From an uncultured Alphaproteobacteria bacterium (GTDB taxonomy: Bacteria > Pseudomonadota > Alphaproteobacteria > HIMB59 > GCA-002718135), in the NCBI GenBank assembly GCA_902553945.1, contig CACDMT010000004.1:1-62595 (forward strand): DNA of 62,595 nt. The letters are read 5' to 3'. The notes under the pieces were generated by a model that was not told where the DNA came from, did not search any database, and was given only the letters and a program-made list of their open reading frames with translations. Shown piece after piece: positions 48,183 to 58,616 of this stretch. The position numbers and the translations under genes were made by a program. The first letter of the stretch is position 1, and the number at the start of each line of letters is the position of its first letter.

Positions 48183-50987
48183 ATGAATCTAAATAAAATT
48201 GTTATAAAAGGTGCAAGAGAACACAATCTTAAAAATATAAATCTAGAAATTCCAAAAAATAATCTTGTTGTTATAACTGGTGTAAGTGGTTCAGGTAAAT
48301 CAACCTTAGCATTTGATACAATTTATTCTGAAGGGCAAAGAAAATATGTGGAAAGCTTATCAGCATATGCAAGACAGTTTCTTCAAATGATGAATAAACC
48401 AGATGTAGATAGTATAGATGGATTATCACCTGCCATTTCAATAGAGCAAAAAACTACTCAAAAAAATCCAAGAAGTACTGTTGGAACTGTAACTGAAATT
48501 TATGATTACTTAAGAGTGCTTTATGCTAGAGTTGGCGTACCTTATTCTCCAACAACAGGCAAGCCAATTAAATCACAATCAGTAAGTGAAATGACTGATC
48601 TCATTATTAAAAATAATATTGATAAGAGAATTTATATTTTATCTCCAATAGTTAGAGATAGGAAAGGTGAATATAGAAAAGAAATCGAAGATTTAAAAAA
48701 AAGAGGTTATCAACGTCTTAAAGTAGATAATGTTGTCTATGATATTGAAGAAGTGCCTACACTTAAAAAAAATTTTAAGCACAATATTGATGTTGTGATT
48801 GATCGACTTGTTGTAAAAAAAAATATTCAACAAAGATTAAGTGAAAGTATAGAGGTAGCATTAACGCTATCAGATGGTTTGTTATATTTAGAAAATCTAG
48901 ATACAAAAAAAATATCCATATTTTCATCAAAATTTGCATGTCCTGTATCTGGTTTTAGTATTGAAGAAATTGAACCTAGATTATTTAGTTTTAATGCTCC
49001 ACAAGGTGCTTGTTCTGAATGTGATGGACTTGGAGTTGAAAAATATTTTGATGAATACAAGATTGTACCTGATGAAACTAGGTCAATTGCTGATGGAGCT
49101 ATTAAACCATGGGAAACAAAAGTATTCGGTTATCAAAAAAAATATTTTGTTGAAACAATAGATAAAATTTTAAAACAATTTAAAGTAAAAAAAAATGTTC
49201 CTTGGAGAGAAATTCCAAAAAAAGTAAAAAATATTATTCTTCATGGAGATGAGAATAGTGAGCTAAATTTTTTATATGATTTTGAAGGAATAATAAACTT
49301 TATTGATCGAAAATATGAAGAAACTGAAAGATGGTGGCTTCAATATGAATTAGAAAAATATTTATCTGAAAGAGACTGTGAAGTTTGTAATGGTTACCGT
49401 CTTAATGAAAAAGCTTTAGCCATAAGAATCGATGAAAATCATATTGGTAATATTACTAAAAAATCAATAAGCGAGTGTTTAAACTGGTTTTCAACACTTG
49501 AGAGTAAACTTGATAAAAATAATAAAAAAATTGCTGAAGGTGTAATAAAAGAAATTAAAGATCGTTTATTATTTTTAAATAAAGTAGGTTTAGATTATTT
49601 ATCATTAGCAAGAGCTAGCAAAACTTTATCTGGAGGGGAAAGTCAAAGAATTAGATTGGCAAGTCAAATTGGGTCTGGCTTAACAGGAGTTTTGTATGTT
49701 TTGGATGAACCATCTATTGGATTACATCAAAAGGATAATCAACAACTGATTGAAACTTTATTTAGATTAAGAGATTTGGGAAATACAGTAATTGTTGTTG
49801 AACATGATGAGGATGCAATTAGACAATCTGATCATATAATTGATATAGGTGTTAAGGCTGGCGTAAATGGAGGTCACATAATTGCAGAGGGAAATCTTAA
49901 AAAAATATTAAAAAATAATAAAAGTTTGACAGCAAAATATTTGAATAAATCCCTAGAAATAGAGATTCCAAAACATAGAAGAAAATTTAATAAAAATAAA
50001 ATTTTTAAAATTAATAAAATAAAAACAAATAATTTAGATAATCTTAATGTCACTTTACCTTTAGGAAATTTTATAACTGTCACAGGTGTATCCGGAAGCG
50101 GTAAATCTTCGTTAATCATTGATACATTGTATCAAAGGTTAGATGAGTATTTCAATAAATCTTTAAATAAAGATGAAAGTCGTTTTAACTTTAAAGGTAT
50201 TAATCATATCGATAAAGTCATTGATATAAATCAATCTCCTATTGGAAGAACTCCAAGATCAAATCCGGCAACATATACAGGATGCTTTACTCCTATTAGA
50301 GATTGGTTTGCAAATTTAAATGAGTCAAGTGCTAGAGGTTATAAACCAGGTCGTTTTTCATTTAATGTTAAAGGTGGGAGATGTGAGTCGTGCGAAGGTG
50401 ATGGAGTGAAAAAAATAGAAATGCATTTTTTAGCCGATGTTTACGTAGAGTGTGATATCTGTAAAGGCAAGAGGTATAATAGAGAAACTTTAGAAGTAAA
50501 ATATAAAGATAAATCTATTTCTGATGTTTTAGAAATGACTGTTGAGGAAGGTTATAAATTTTTTGATAAAATTCCTTCAATAAAGCAAAAATTACAAACT
50601 CTAATGGATGTTGGATTAGATTATATAAAAATAGGTCAATCAGCTACTACTTTGTCAGGTGGTGAAGCACAGAGAATAAAATTATCTAAAGAATTATCAA
50701 AAAGATCAACAGGAAAAACACTATATATTCTTGATGAACCTACAACTGGTCTTCATTTTGATGATGTTAAAAAATTACTTAAAATTCTTCATACGCTTGT
50801 TGATGAAGGAAATACTGTAATCGTTATTGAGCACAATCTTGATGTTATTAAAACAGCTGATCATATAATTGATCTTGGTCCACTAGGAGGCATAAATGGA
50901 GGTAAAATTGTTGGAACTGGAACTCCCGAAGATATTGCAAATAATAAAAAAAGCTATACAGGTGAGTTTTTAAAGAAAATTTTATAA
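48183..50987 (+). CDS. uvrA: Excinuclease ABC subunit A
   Basis: Two GVSGSGKS Walker A motifs, LSGGE twice, zinc-finger cysteines. Confidence 0.98.
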   Translation: MNLNKIVIKGAREHNLKNINLEIPKNNLVVITGVSGSGKSTLAFDTIYSEGQRKYVESLSAYARQFLQMMNKPDVDSIDGLSPAISIEQKTTQKNPRSTVGTVTEIYDYLRVLYARVGVPYSPTTGKPIKSQSVSEMTDLIIKNNIDKRIYILSPIVRDRKGEYRKEIEDLKKRGYQRLKVDNVVYDIEEVPTLKKNFKHNIDVVIDRLVVKKNIQQRLSESIEVALTLSDGLLYLENLDTKKISIFSSKFACPVSGFSIEEIEPRLFSFNAPQGACSECDGLGVEKYFDEYKIVPDETRSIADGAIKPWETKVFGYQKKYFVETIDKILKQFKVKKNVPWREIPKKVKNIILHGDENSELNFLYDFEGIINFIDRKYEETERWWLQYELEKYLSERDCEVCNGYRLNEKALAIRIDENHIGNITKKSISECLNWFSTLESKLDKNNKKIAEGVIKEIKDRLLFLNKVGLDYLSLARASKTLSGGESQRIRLASQIGSGLTGVLYVLDEPSIGLHQKDNQQLIETLFRLRDLGNTVIVVEHDEDAIRQSDHIIDIGVKAGVNGGHIIAEGNLKKILKNNKSLTAKYLNKSLEIEIPKHRRKFNKNKIFKINKIKTNNLDNLNVTLPLGNFITVTGVSGSGKSSLIIDTLYQRLDEYFNKSLNKDESRFNFKGINHIDKVIDINQSPIGRTPRSNPATYTGCFTPIRDWFANLNESSARGYKPGRFSFNVKGGRCESCEGDGVKKIEMHFLADVYVECDICKGKRYNRETLEVKYKDKSISDVLEMTVEEGYKFFDKIPSIKQKLQTLMDVGLDYIKIGQSATTLSGGEAQRIKLSKELSKRSTGKTLYILDEPTTGLHFDDVKKLLKILHTLVDEGNTVIVIEHNLDVIKTADHIIDLGPLGGINGGKIVGTGTPEDIANNKKSYTGEFLKKIL

Positions 50988-51002
50988 ATCGAAGGAAATA
51001 AA

Positions 51003-51599
51003 ATGATAAATCTAGAGTTACCAGATCTACCCTACAGTAAAGATGCTCTAATGCCGTATATGTCGGCAGAAACTTTAGAGTTGCATCATGATAAGCATCA
51101 TATGGCTTATATTACTAATGGAAATAAGTTTATTAAAGAACAAAACATATCAGATGATAATGTTAATGATATAGTAATCAACTCTTATCAAAAAAATGCT
51201 CCAGTATTCAACAATGTGGCACAACATATAAATCATGTTCATTTTTGGGAAGTAATGAAAAATAACCCAGATGGAAAAATTCCATCTGAACTCGAAAATA
51301 AAATAGTTTCAGATATTGGTTCAGTTGAAAAAATGAAAGAAGATTTTATAAACGCAGGTATTGGTCAATTTGGATCAGGTTGGTGTTGGTTAGTTTTAAA
51401 TAATGGAAAATTAGAAATTACTAAAACACCAAATGGAGAAAACCCAATTGTTCATGGTCACACTCCTCTACTTGGATGTGATGTTTGGGAACACTCATAC
51501 TATGTTGACTATAGAAACAGAAGACCTGATTATTTAAAAGCTTTTATTGATAATTTAGTTAATTGGGAAAAAGTTACAGAAAATTTAAACAACGCTTAG
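51003..51599 (+). CDS. sodB: Fe superoxide dismutase
   Basis: HHDKHH, NNVAQ..NH (Fe-type Gln), FGSGW, DVWEHSYY. Confidence 0.9.
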   Translation: MINLELPDLPYSKDALMPYMSAETLELHHDKHHMAYITNGNKFIKEQNISDDNVNDIVINSYQKNAPVFNNVAQHINHVHFWEVMKNNPDGKIPSELENKIVSDIGSVEKMKEDFINAGIGQFGSGWCWLVLNNGKLEITKTPNGENPIVHGHTPLLGCDVWEHSYYVDYRNRRPDYLKAFIDNLVNWEKVTENLNNA

Positions 51600-52495
51600 T
51601 CATCTTCATCTTGCGGTCTAAACTTAAAAATTAATAAAGTTGGGACCGCAATAAAAACAGATGAGTAAGTTCCAATTATTACACCAATAATCATTGTTAA
51701 AGCGAAAGGCCTAATAACCTCTCCTCCAAATATAAATAATGATACTAGTGCAAGAAGAGTTGTTAAACTTGTCATTATGGTTCTGGATAAAGTATTATTA
51801 ACTGATAAGTTAAATAGATCTACTAACTCTAACTTTTTATATTTTCTCAAATTTTCACGAACCCTATCAAATATTACAACTGTATCATTAATAGAATAAC
51901 CTGCAATTGTAAGAATTGCAGCTATTGTTGCGAGAGAAAATTCTACATTTAAAATAGATAGTAAACCTAGAGTAAATAATACATCATGAGTTAAGGCAAC
52001 AACTGCTCCGAAACCAAATTGCCATTCAAAACGCAACCAAATATAAATTAAAATAGCAATTAATGCAAAAGAGACGGCTTGAAACCCTCTAAACAATAAC
52101 TCAGAACTAATTGTAGGGCCAACAAATTCAGACCTTCTAAACTCAATAACTTTATCTTGTATTAAATTTTTTACAGAATTAACTGTTTCGATACTTTCTT
52201 GATTACTTTTATTTTGAAGTCTGATTAAAATAATATTTTCATCACCAAATTCTTGTAAAGATACATCATTATAGGAAGAGGATAAAATTTCCCTTAATTC
52301 TCCAATTGAAGTACTTTTTGTACTTACCTCAATTAATGTGCCTCCTTTAAAATCAATCCCTAGATTTAAACCTTTTATACTTAATAATGTAATTGAAATT
52401 AATATAGCTAAAATAGAAAAAATTAAAAAATTTCTTCTTAACCCTAAAAAATTAATATTAGGCTCAACAGGAATAATTTTATTTAAACCAAACAT
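51596..52495 (-). CDS. secF: Protein translocase subunit SecF
   Basis: GIDFKGG, VGP, HD, GYSINDTVVIFDRVRE. Confidence 0.96.
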   Translation of the reverse strand: MFGLNKIIPVEPNINFLGLRRNFLIFSILAILISITLLSIKGLNLGIDFKGGTLIEVSTKSTSIGELREILSSSYNDVSLQEFGDENIILIRLQNKSNQESIETVNSVKNLIQDKVIEFRRSEFVGPTISSELLFRGFQAVSFALIAILIYIWLRFEWQFGFGAVVALTHDVLFTLGLLSILNVEFSLATIAAILTIAGYSINDTVVIFDRVRENLRKYKKLELVDLFNLSVNNTLSRTIMTSLTTLLALVSLFIFGGEVIRPFALTMIIGVIIGTYSSVFIAVPTLLIFKFRPQDEDD

Positions 52496-54045
52496 TATAG
52501 TTTTAATTCCTTTTTATTTGTAAATGTTAAGTACATATATACTAAAAAATTTGTAAGCATTAAAGCAGTGAACATAGATGCTATTACTCCTAAAGATAAT
52601 GTAATGGAAAAACCTCTTATTGGGCCAGAGCCAAAAGCAAATAATAAAACAGCAGCAATCAATGTGGTAATATTAGCATCAAGTATAGTTGACATAGCTC
52701 TGTCAAAACCATTTTTTACTATCTGAAAAACTTTTGTTTGCTTTAAACTCTCTTCTTTAATTCTTTCAAAAATCAGAACATTTGCATCAACCGCCATACC
52801 AATTGTTAATACAATTCCGGCTATACCAGGCAATGTTAATGTTGCACCAATTGTCCCTAATAATGAAATAATAATAAATAAATTTACTATTAATGAAACG
52901 TTGGCAAGAGCACCAAAAACTCCGTATATGAGTATCATAAATATACATACCAAAACCATACCAATAATAGCAGCTATTTGACCAGCAGCTATAGAGTCAG
53001 CTCCCAAACCAGCACCGACAGATCTTTCTTCAACTATTTCTAAAGGGGCAGGTAATGCTCCAGCTCTAAGCAGAACCGCTAAATCAGCAGCTTCTTGTGC
53101 ATTAAAATTACCTGTTATTATGCCTGATCCACCCGTAATTGCACTATTTATTCTTGGAGCAGTAATTACCACACCGTCAAGTAAAACTGCTAAACGTTTT
53201 CCTATATTGTTAGATGTAATTTTTCCAAACTTTTGAGCACCCTCAGTATCAAATCGAAAAGATACAGCGTGTCCTTCAGTTTGATCAAATGAACCTTTAG
53301 CATCAATTAAATTTTCACCTCCAACAAGAACTCTTTTATCTAATAAATATTTTATATTTTCATCGTAAATATCTGAAACTATCATCTTCCCAAAAGGTTC
53401 AATGTTTGCACTTATTGCTGTTGTATTTTCATCATCTACTAAATGAAATGTTAATTTTGCAGTTTTACCAAGCAAATCTTTTATTCTTTCAGGATCTTTT
53501 ACTCCAGGTAATTGTAATAATATTCTTTTTTTTCCTGATCTTTGAATAAGTGGTTCTTTTGTACCAGATTCATCAATTCTCTTTCTTACAATTTCAAGAG
53601 ATTGTTTTATTGCTGAGTCTTGAATGGATTTTTTATATGTATCATCTAATGTTATTTTCAGTACATTATCATTCACCTGTAAAGAAACACCTCTATAAAG
53701 TTGAAAAAAACTATTTTTAATATCATTAATGTTTTTATTATTTTCAAATGTAATTAATACTTCATTATTATTTGTAATAACTTTATTAATTTTAGTTGAA
53801 CTTTCTCTTGAGATTAATCTAATGCTATCACTAAAGTTTTCAAGCTCTTCTTTGTATAGTACATCAAGTTGAACTTCTAATAATAAATATGAACCACCTT
53901 GTAAATCTAAACCAAGATTGATTTTATTTTTTAAAAACCAATTTTCAGAATTATCATTATAAATAATTGATGGTATAGAAAATATTATACCTAATAATAC
54001 AAGTGAAATTACCGTAAATGATTTCCAAATTGGATAATTCTTCAT
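52495..54045 (-). CDS. secD: Protein translocase subunit SecD
   Basis: LGLDLQGG, LRAGALPAP, GMAVDANVLIFERIKEE. Confidence 0.97.
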   Translation of the reverse strand: MKNYPIWKSFTVISLVLLGIIFSIPSIIYNDNSENWFLKNKINLGLDLQGGSYLLLEVQLDVLYKEELENFSDSIRLISRESSTKINKVITNNNEVLITFENNKNINDIKNSFFQLYRGVSLQVNDNVLKITLDDTYKKSIQDSAIKQSLEIVRKRIDESGTKEPLIQRSGKKRILLQLPGVKDPERIKDLLGKTAKLTFHLVDDENTTAISANIEPFGKMIVSDIYDENIKYLLDKRVLVGGENLIDAKGSFDQTEGHAVSFRFDTEGAQKFGKITSNNIGKRLAVLLDGVVITAPRINSAITGGSGIITGNFNAQEAADLAVLLRAGALPAPLEIVEERSVGAGLGADSIAAGQIAAIIGMVLVCIFMILIYGVFGALANVSLIVNLFIIISLLGTIGATLTLPGIAGIVLTIGMAVDANVLIFERIKEESLKQTKVFQIVKNGFDRAMSTILDANITTLIAAVLLFAFGSGPIRGFSITLSLGVIASMFTALMLTNFLVYMYLTFTNKKELKL

Positions 54046-54053
54046 TTATTAAA

Positions 54054-54401
54054 TTATTTATTTTTTTTTGAAAAAATTCCAGAAAAACTTGATTTATTTT
54101 CTTTGTCTTTTTTAGGAGGATCTTTTTTTTGAGCTTCTGGAATAGAATATAAATCAGCTACCATTCCTGGTGCAATTTTAATTTCAACATTATTTGCTAT
54201 TTCAAGAATTAATTCTCTATTATCTGCAACTTTGTTTATAGTTCCTATAATGCCGCCAGATGTTATAATCTTATCACCACGTTTAAGATTAGATAACATT
54301 TCTTTATGTTGTTTAACTTTTCTTTGTTGTGGTCTAATTAAAAGAAAATAAAAAACTGCGAATATTAGTATTAGTGGTAAAAAAGTCCCAAAAGCTTCCA
54401 T
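54054..54401 (-). CDS. yajC: Preprotein translocase subunit YajC
   Basis: FYFLLIRPQQ, GD.IITSGGIIG. Confidence 0.96.
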   Translation of the reverse strand: MEAFGTFLPLILIFAVFYFLLIRPQQRKVKQHKEMLSNLKRGDKIITSGGIIGTINKVADNRELILEIANNVEIKIAPGMVADLYSIPEAQKKDPPKKDKENKSSFSGIFSKKNK

Positions 54402-54477
54402 AATATATACCTATGATGAATTAATTTGTGAGTTCTATTATACTGTGTAATAAGAAAAATCAATTAAACTATTTATT

Positions 54478-55281
54478 ATGTTTTTAAGCGATTTATTCAT
54501 TAAAATAACACTATCAAAATACAGATCATTCATATGGGATAGTAAAATAAAAAAATTGAAAAAAATACAATATTTTAAAGCTCTAGATATTGATATGTTA
54601 ATTGGGATAGAGAGACAAAAAAAAATATTATTAAAAAATACAGAAAATTTTGCAAATGGTAATTTTACTAACAATGCACTGTTATGGGGATCCAGAGGTA
54701 ATGGAAAAAGTTCATTAATTAAATCTATTTTTTATAAAGTTAATAAAAATAAAAAAAAATTAAAATTATTACAGTTAAATAAAAATGATATATTTGATAT
54801 TGAAATTATTTATGAAAAATTGGGAAAGATAAAATTATATAATTTTATAATTTTTATAGACGATTTATCTTTTGAGAAAATAGATAGTGATTATAAAATA
54901 ATTAAATCTACATTAGATGGAAGTATACAAAATCAACCTTCAAATATTCTACTATATGTAACTTCGAATAGAAGACATTTAATGCCTAGAGATATGATTG
55001 AAAATGAAAGATCTTCTGCAATTCACACAGATGAAAGTGTAGAAGAAAAAATAAGTTTAAGTGATAGATTTGGATTATGGATTGGTTTTCATAATATATC
55101 ACAAGATGATTTTATAAATATAATTAAAAAATATTGTAAAGTTTATGATTTAGAATTTAATGAAAATATTATCAAAGAAGGAATTAGATGGAGTCTGCAA
55201 AGAGGTAATAGAACGGGAAGATCTGCATGGCAATTTATATTAAATTATGCAGCCGAACAAAATAAAAGAATTAATCTTTAA
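54478..55281 (+). CDS. DUF815 family AAA+ ATPase
   Basis: GSRGNGKSS, FIDDLSF, TSNRRHL, SLSDRFGL; divergent from yajC. Confidence 0.9.
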   Translation: MFLSDLFIKITLSKYRSFIWDSKIKKLKKIQYFKALDIDMLIGIERQKKILLKNTENFANGNFTNNALLWGSRGNGKSSLIKSIFYKVNKNKKKLKLLQLNKNDIFDIEIIYEKLGKIKLYNFIIFIDDLSFEKIDSDYKIIKSTLDGSIQNQPSNILLYVTSNRRHLMPRDMIENERSSAIHTDESVEEKISLSDRFGLWIGFHNISQDDFINIIKKYCKVYDLEFNENIIKEGIRWSLQRGNRTGRSAWQFILNYAAEQNKRINL

Positions 55282-56008
55282 TATCTTCAAACTTAAAATT
55301 TGTTTTTTTTAAACCTTCGATACCATCTTTTAAATGGTAAATATTTTCTTGTTTTAGCTGTTCAACAAAGCCGTTAGCCAGGATAGATGAAATTACTCCA
55401 TCTTTACTAATAAAAACTACCTTTTCACCTGGTTTAACAATTGCCTGATACTTATTTAAAAAATTAGGAAGAAAATTTCCATTTTTATCAAAGGCTGTTA
55501 TTATAATTGAATTAGGAATTTTTCCAGTTTTATTTATTTCATCAAGATCTCTTATATCTATAACTTTAAACTTATAATCAGTAAGAGCTAATTTTAACTG
55601 ATTATTATCAATTTCTTTATACTTTGGAGGTACAACTTCAAAAACTTCAATTTCAAAAATAAGATTTGATTTTGGAGGGATAAGATTGCCTGCTCCTTTA
55701 TCTCCGTAAGCTAATTCATAGGGAATAAATATCGATCTTTTACCCCCTACTTTCATACCTAAAAGACCTACTTCCCAACCAGGTATTACTTGTCGAGTGC
55801 CTATTTGAAATTTAAAATATTCACCTCTTTTATATGAGTTATCAAATTCTGTTTGATCTTCTAATTTACCAATGTAATGAACAGATACTTTTGAATGGTT
55901 GATTACCTCAACACCATCTCCTAATGTTTCATTTAGAATTTTTATTTCATTTGCTAAAACAATATTACTAAATGAAAAAAAAACGAATAATAAGATAAGT
56001 ATTTTCAT
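55271..56008 (-). CDS. FKBP-type PPIase fused to a rhodanese-like domain, with signal peptide
   Basis: VHY.G, VIPGWE.G..GMKVGGKR, AYG, IPP.S.L.FE; then VIDIR...TG.IP...HLKDGI. Confidence 0.88.
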   Translation of the reverse strand: MKILILLFVFFSFSNIVLANEIKILNETLGDGVEVINHSKVSVHYIGKLEDQTEFDNSYKRGEYFKFQIGTRQVIPGWEVGLLGMKVGGKRSIFIPYELAYGDKGAGNLIPPKSNLIFEIEVFEVVPPKYKEIDNNQLKLALTDYKFKVIDIRDLDEINKTGKIPNSIIITAFDKNGNFLPNFLNKYQAIVKPGEKVVFISKDGVISSILANGFVEQLKQENIYHLKDGIEGLKKTNFKFEDIKD

Positions 56009-56011
56009 TTA

Positions 56012-56890
56012 CTATGTATTATTTAATTGTTTTATCTGAGATGGTATTGACAATATACCACTAAATACAATTAAGAAAGCTCCAAAATACGCATAAAAAT
56101 TCATATATTCATTAAATATAAATATACCAGCCAATGATGACCAAACTACCTGTAAGTAGACTAAACAAAAAACAGAGGAATAATACTTTTGTGCCATTCT
56201 AATTGCAGTAGTTACAAGAAAAATAGCAGCATTTATAAAAATTGATGCAGTTATAATTAAAAAAAATTCAAATAGTGAAATTAATAAAGGATCATAAATA
56301 AATAAAAATATTGAGAGTACATGTATTATAGAACCACCATATATAAAATATCCTGCAGCAGAAGTAACATAATAATATTTATTTACTATTAGTGTTGTAA
56401 TTGTAATGAGAATAACTCCAAATAAAGTAACAATAAAATAAAAATTAAAATTTTGAAATCCAGGTTGAATAACAAAAAGAACTCCAAAAAATCCAAAAAT
56501 TAATGATAAATATGTATAAAAATTTAATTTTTCTTTAAGAAAAAATATTGCTAAAACTGATGCTACTATTGGAGAAGCCATATTAAGCGTTGTAAATTCT
56601 GGAAGTTTAATATTTTCCAAACAAATAAAAGTTATAAAAGGCATTGGTGCAAAAATTAAACTACGTATAAAAGGTATATAATAATTTGTGCATTTCAAAT
56701 TTTTATTTAAAGTTCCATTGAAAAATAGATAAATTGGAACAAATAGGAATGCTGGTATTCCATAAAATATAAAATGATAAAATTTAATTTTGCTTACAGC
56801 TAAGTAATTAATTATTGCATCATTTGTTACAAAAAAAGTACCGGCTAATATTATAAAGAAAGAAGCAATAATTACATTTTTGTTAATCAT
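56012..56890 (-). CDS. DMT/EamA family transporter
   Basis: About 10 TM; NDA, FLKEK, GFFGVLFVIQPG. Confidence 0.87.
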   Translation of the reverse strand: MINKNVIIASFFIILAGTFFVTNDAIINYLAVSKIKFYHFIFYGIPAFLFVPIYLFFNGTLNKNLKCTNYYIPFIRSLIFAPMPFITFICLENIKLPEFTTLNMASPIVASVLAIFFLKEKLNFYTYLSLIFGFFGVLFVIQPGFQNFNFYFIVTLFGVILITITTLIVNKYYYVTSAAGYFIYGGSIIHVLSIFLFIYDPLLISLFEFFLIITASIFINAAIFLVTTAIRMAQKYYSSVFCLVYLQVVWSSLAGIFIFNEYMNFYAYFGAFLIVFSGILSIPSQIKQLNNT

Positions 56891-56959
56891 TTTTTATAGA
56901 AAATTTATTGTATCAAATAAAATAGTTCTTATATTAATATAATAATAATTGATACAAAT

Positions 56960-57256
56960 ATGAATAAAAACGAATTTAAAACATACAGACTAATAATAAA
57001 AGGAAAAGTTCAAGGCGTAGGTTTTAGACATTGGTTTAGTGATCTTGCTATTTCTTTAGGCTTAAACGGTTATATTCAAAATAAAGAAAGTAAAGATGAA
57101 GTAGAAGCGATTATACAAGGTGATATGCAAAGTATATTATCTATCACTGAAAAAGCTAAATTTGGACCAGAAATGGCGCTCGTAGAAGGTGTAATTCCTA
57201 ATAGCATTATAAGCAATGTAAAATATTCAGGTTTTATTGTTAAATATGAAAAATAA
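56960..57256 (+). CDS. acyP: Acylphosphatase
   Basis: GKVQGVGFR, G...N, GP. Confidence 0.92.
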   Translation: MNKNEFKTYRLIIKGKVQGVGFRHWFSDLAISLGLNGYIQNKESKDEVEAIIQGDMQSILSITEKAKFGPEMALVEGVIPNSIISNVKYSGFIVKYEK

Positions 57257-57257
57257 T

Positions 57258-58592
57258 TTAACTAAAAATTTTTTTTATAGTTTTATGAAGAGAATTAAAT
57301 ATTTCATCAATTTCAGATTTTTTGATAATGAATTGTGGGCATAAAACAATAGCAGGGCCTAAAGGTCTGCAAATTAAACCATTATCTATTGATAAGTTTG
57401 CTACTTTGTCTCCCATATTTAAATGACCTTCAAAAGGTTCTTTTGTTTTTTTATTTTTAACCATTTCTAAAGCAGCCATTAACCCCACTCCTCTCGTTTC
57501 ACCAATGTTATCATATTCATTAAATTCATTTAATCTATCCATGAAGTAAGGAGAAATATTTTTAACATTATCTAATAATCCTTCATTAATTATTACATCT
57601 ATTGCTTTTAATGCAATAGCACAACCTACAGGATGTCCTCCAGCTGTAAAACCATGAGGGAATTCTTCTGCTTGCTCAGATACATCAACAAATTTATCCG
57701 AAAATTCTTTATTAATTATTACTGCACCCATTGGAAAGTAGCCTGCGGTCAAACATTTAGAAGAAATTATTATATCAGGTTTAATATTATAAGTTTCGCA
57801 ACCCCATAGTTCACCTGTTCTACCAAATCCACAAATAACTTCATCTGCTATTAAAGGTATTTGATATTTTTTTAAAATAGGTTGAATTAAATCAAAATAA
57901 TTTTTTGATGGAGGAATAACTCCACCAGCACCTTGTACTGGCTCAGCAACAAAACCTGCAATAGTTTCAGGGTCTTCTTTTAAAATTAAATTTTCTAGAT
58001 TTCTAGCCATTCTTTTAGAAAACTCATCTTCACTTTCATTTTCTAATCCAAATTTCCAAAAATGAGGACAATCTGCATGAATAAATTCCTTTAAAGGTAG
58101 TCCAAACTCTTTGTTATAGGGTTTGCCAGTCATTGATGAAGCACCCAGAGTTACGCCATGATAACCATTTATACGTGTTATAATTTTTCTTTTATTTGAC
58201 TTACCAATTCTGGAATTAAACATCCAAAGCATTTTAACCATTGTATCATTTGCTTCTGATCCAGAATTGCAAAAAAAGACTCTGCCTTGATTAAATGGTG
58301 ATACCTCTATTAATTTCTCTGAAAGTTCTAATGTTTCTTCAGATAAACGACCAAAAAGAGAATGATAACCAGCAAACTTTTCATATTGATTTTTTGCAAC
58401 TTCAATTAATCCAGGATGATCAAAACCTGCACATGCATTCCATAATCCAGAATTTGCATCTATATACTTGTTGCCATTTGTATCAAAGACATGAATTCCT
58501 TTTCCATAAGAAATAACAAGAGGGCCTCTTTCATTTAATGACTTTAAATCTGTAAATCCATATAAATGATTAGAAATATTATTTCGTAACAT
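57258..58592 (-). CDS. Class III PLP omega-amine:pyruvate transaminase (V. fluvialis-type)
   Basis: LYGFTD, DANSGLWN, SGSEANDT, DEVICGFGRTG, SSK, HGFT..GHPV, ICRPLG. Confidence 0.92.
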   Translation of the reverse strand: MLRNNISNHLYGFTDLKSLNERGPLVISYGKGIHVFDTNGNKYIDANSGLWNACAGFDHPGLIEVAKNQYEKFAGYHSLFGRLSEETLELSEKLIEVSPFNQGRVFFCNSGSEANDTMVKMLWMFNSRIGKSNKRKIITRINGYHGVTLGASSMTGKPYNKEFGLPLKEFIHADCPHFWKFGLENESEDEFSKRMARNLENLILKEDPETIAGFVAEPVQGAGGVIPPSKNYFDLIQPILKKYQIPLIADEVICGFGRTGELWGCETYNIKPDIIISSKCLTAGYFPMGAVIINKEFSDKFVDVSEQAEEFPHGFTAGGHPVGCAIALKAIDVIINEGLLDNVKNISPYFMDRLNEFNEYDNIGETRGVGLMAALEMVKNKKTKEPFEGHLNMGDKVANLSIDNGLICRPLGPAIVLCPQFIIKKSEIDEIFNSLHKTIKKIFS

Positions 58593-58616
58593 AACATTTA
58601 AATATTTTTTTTTACT

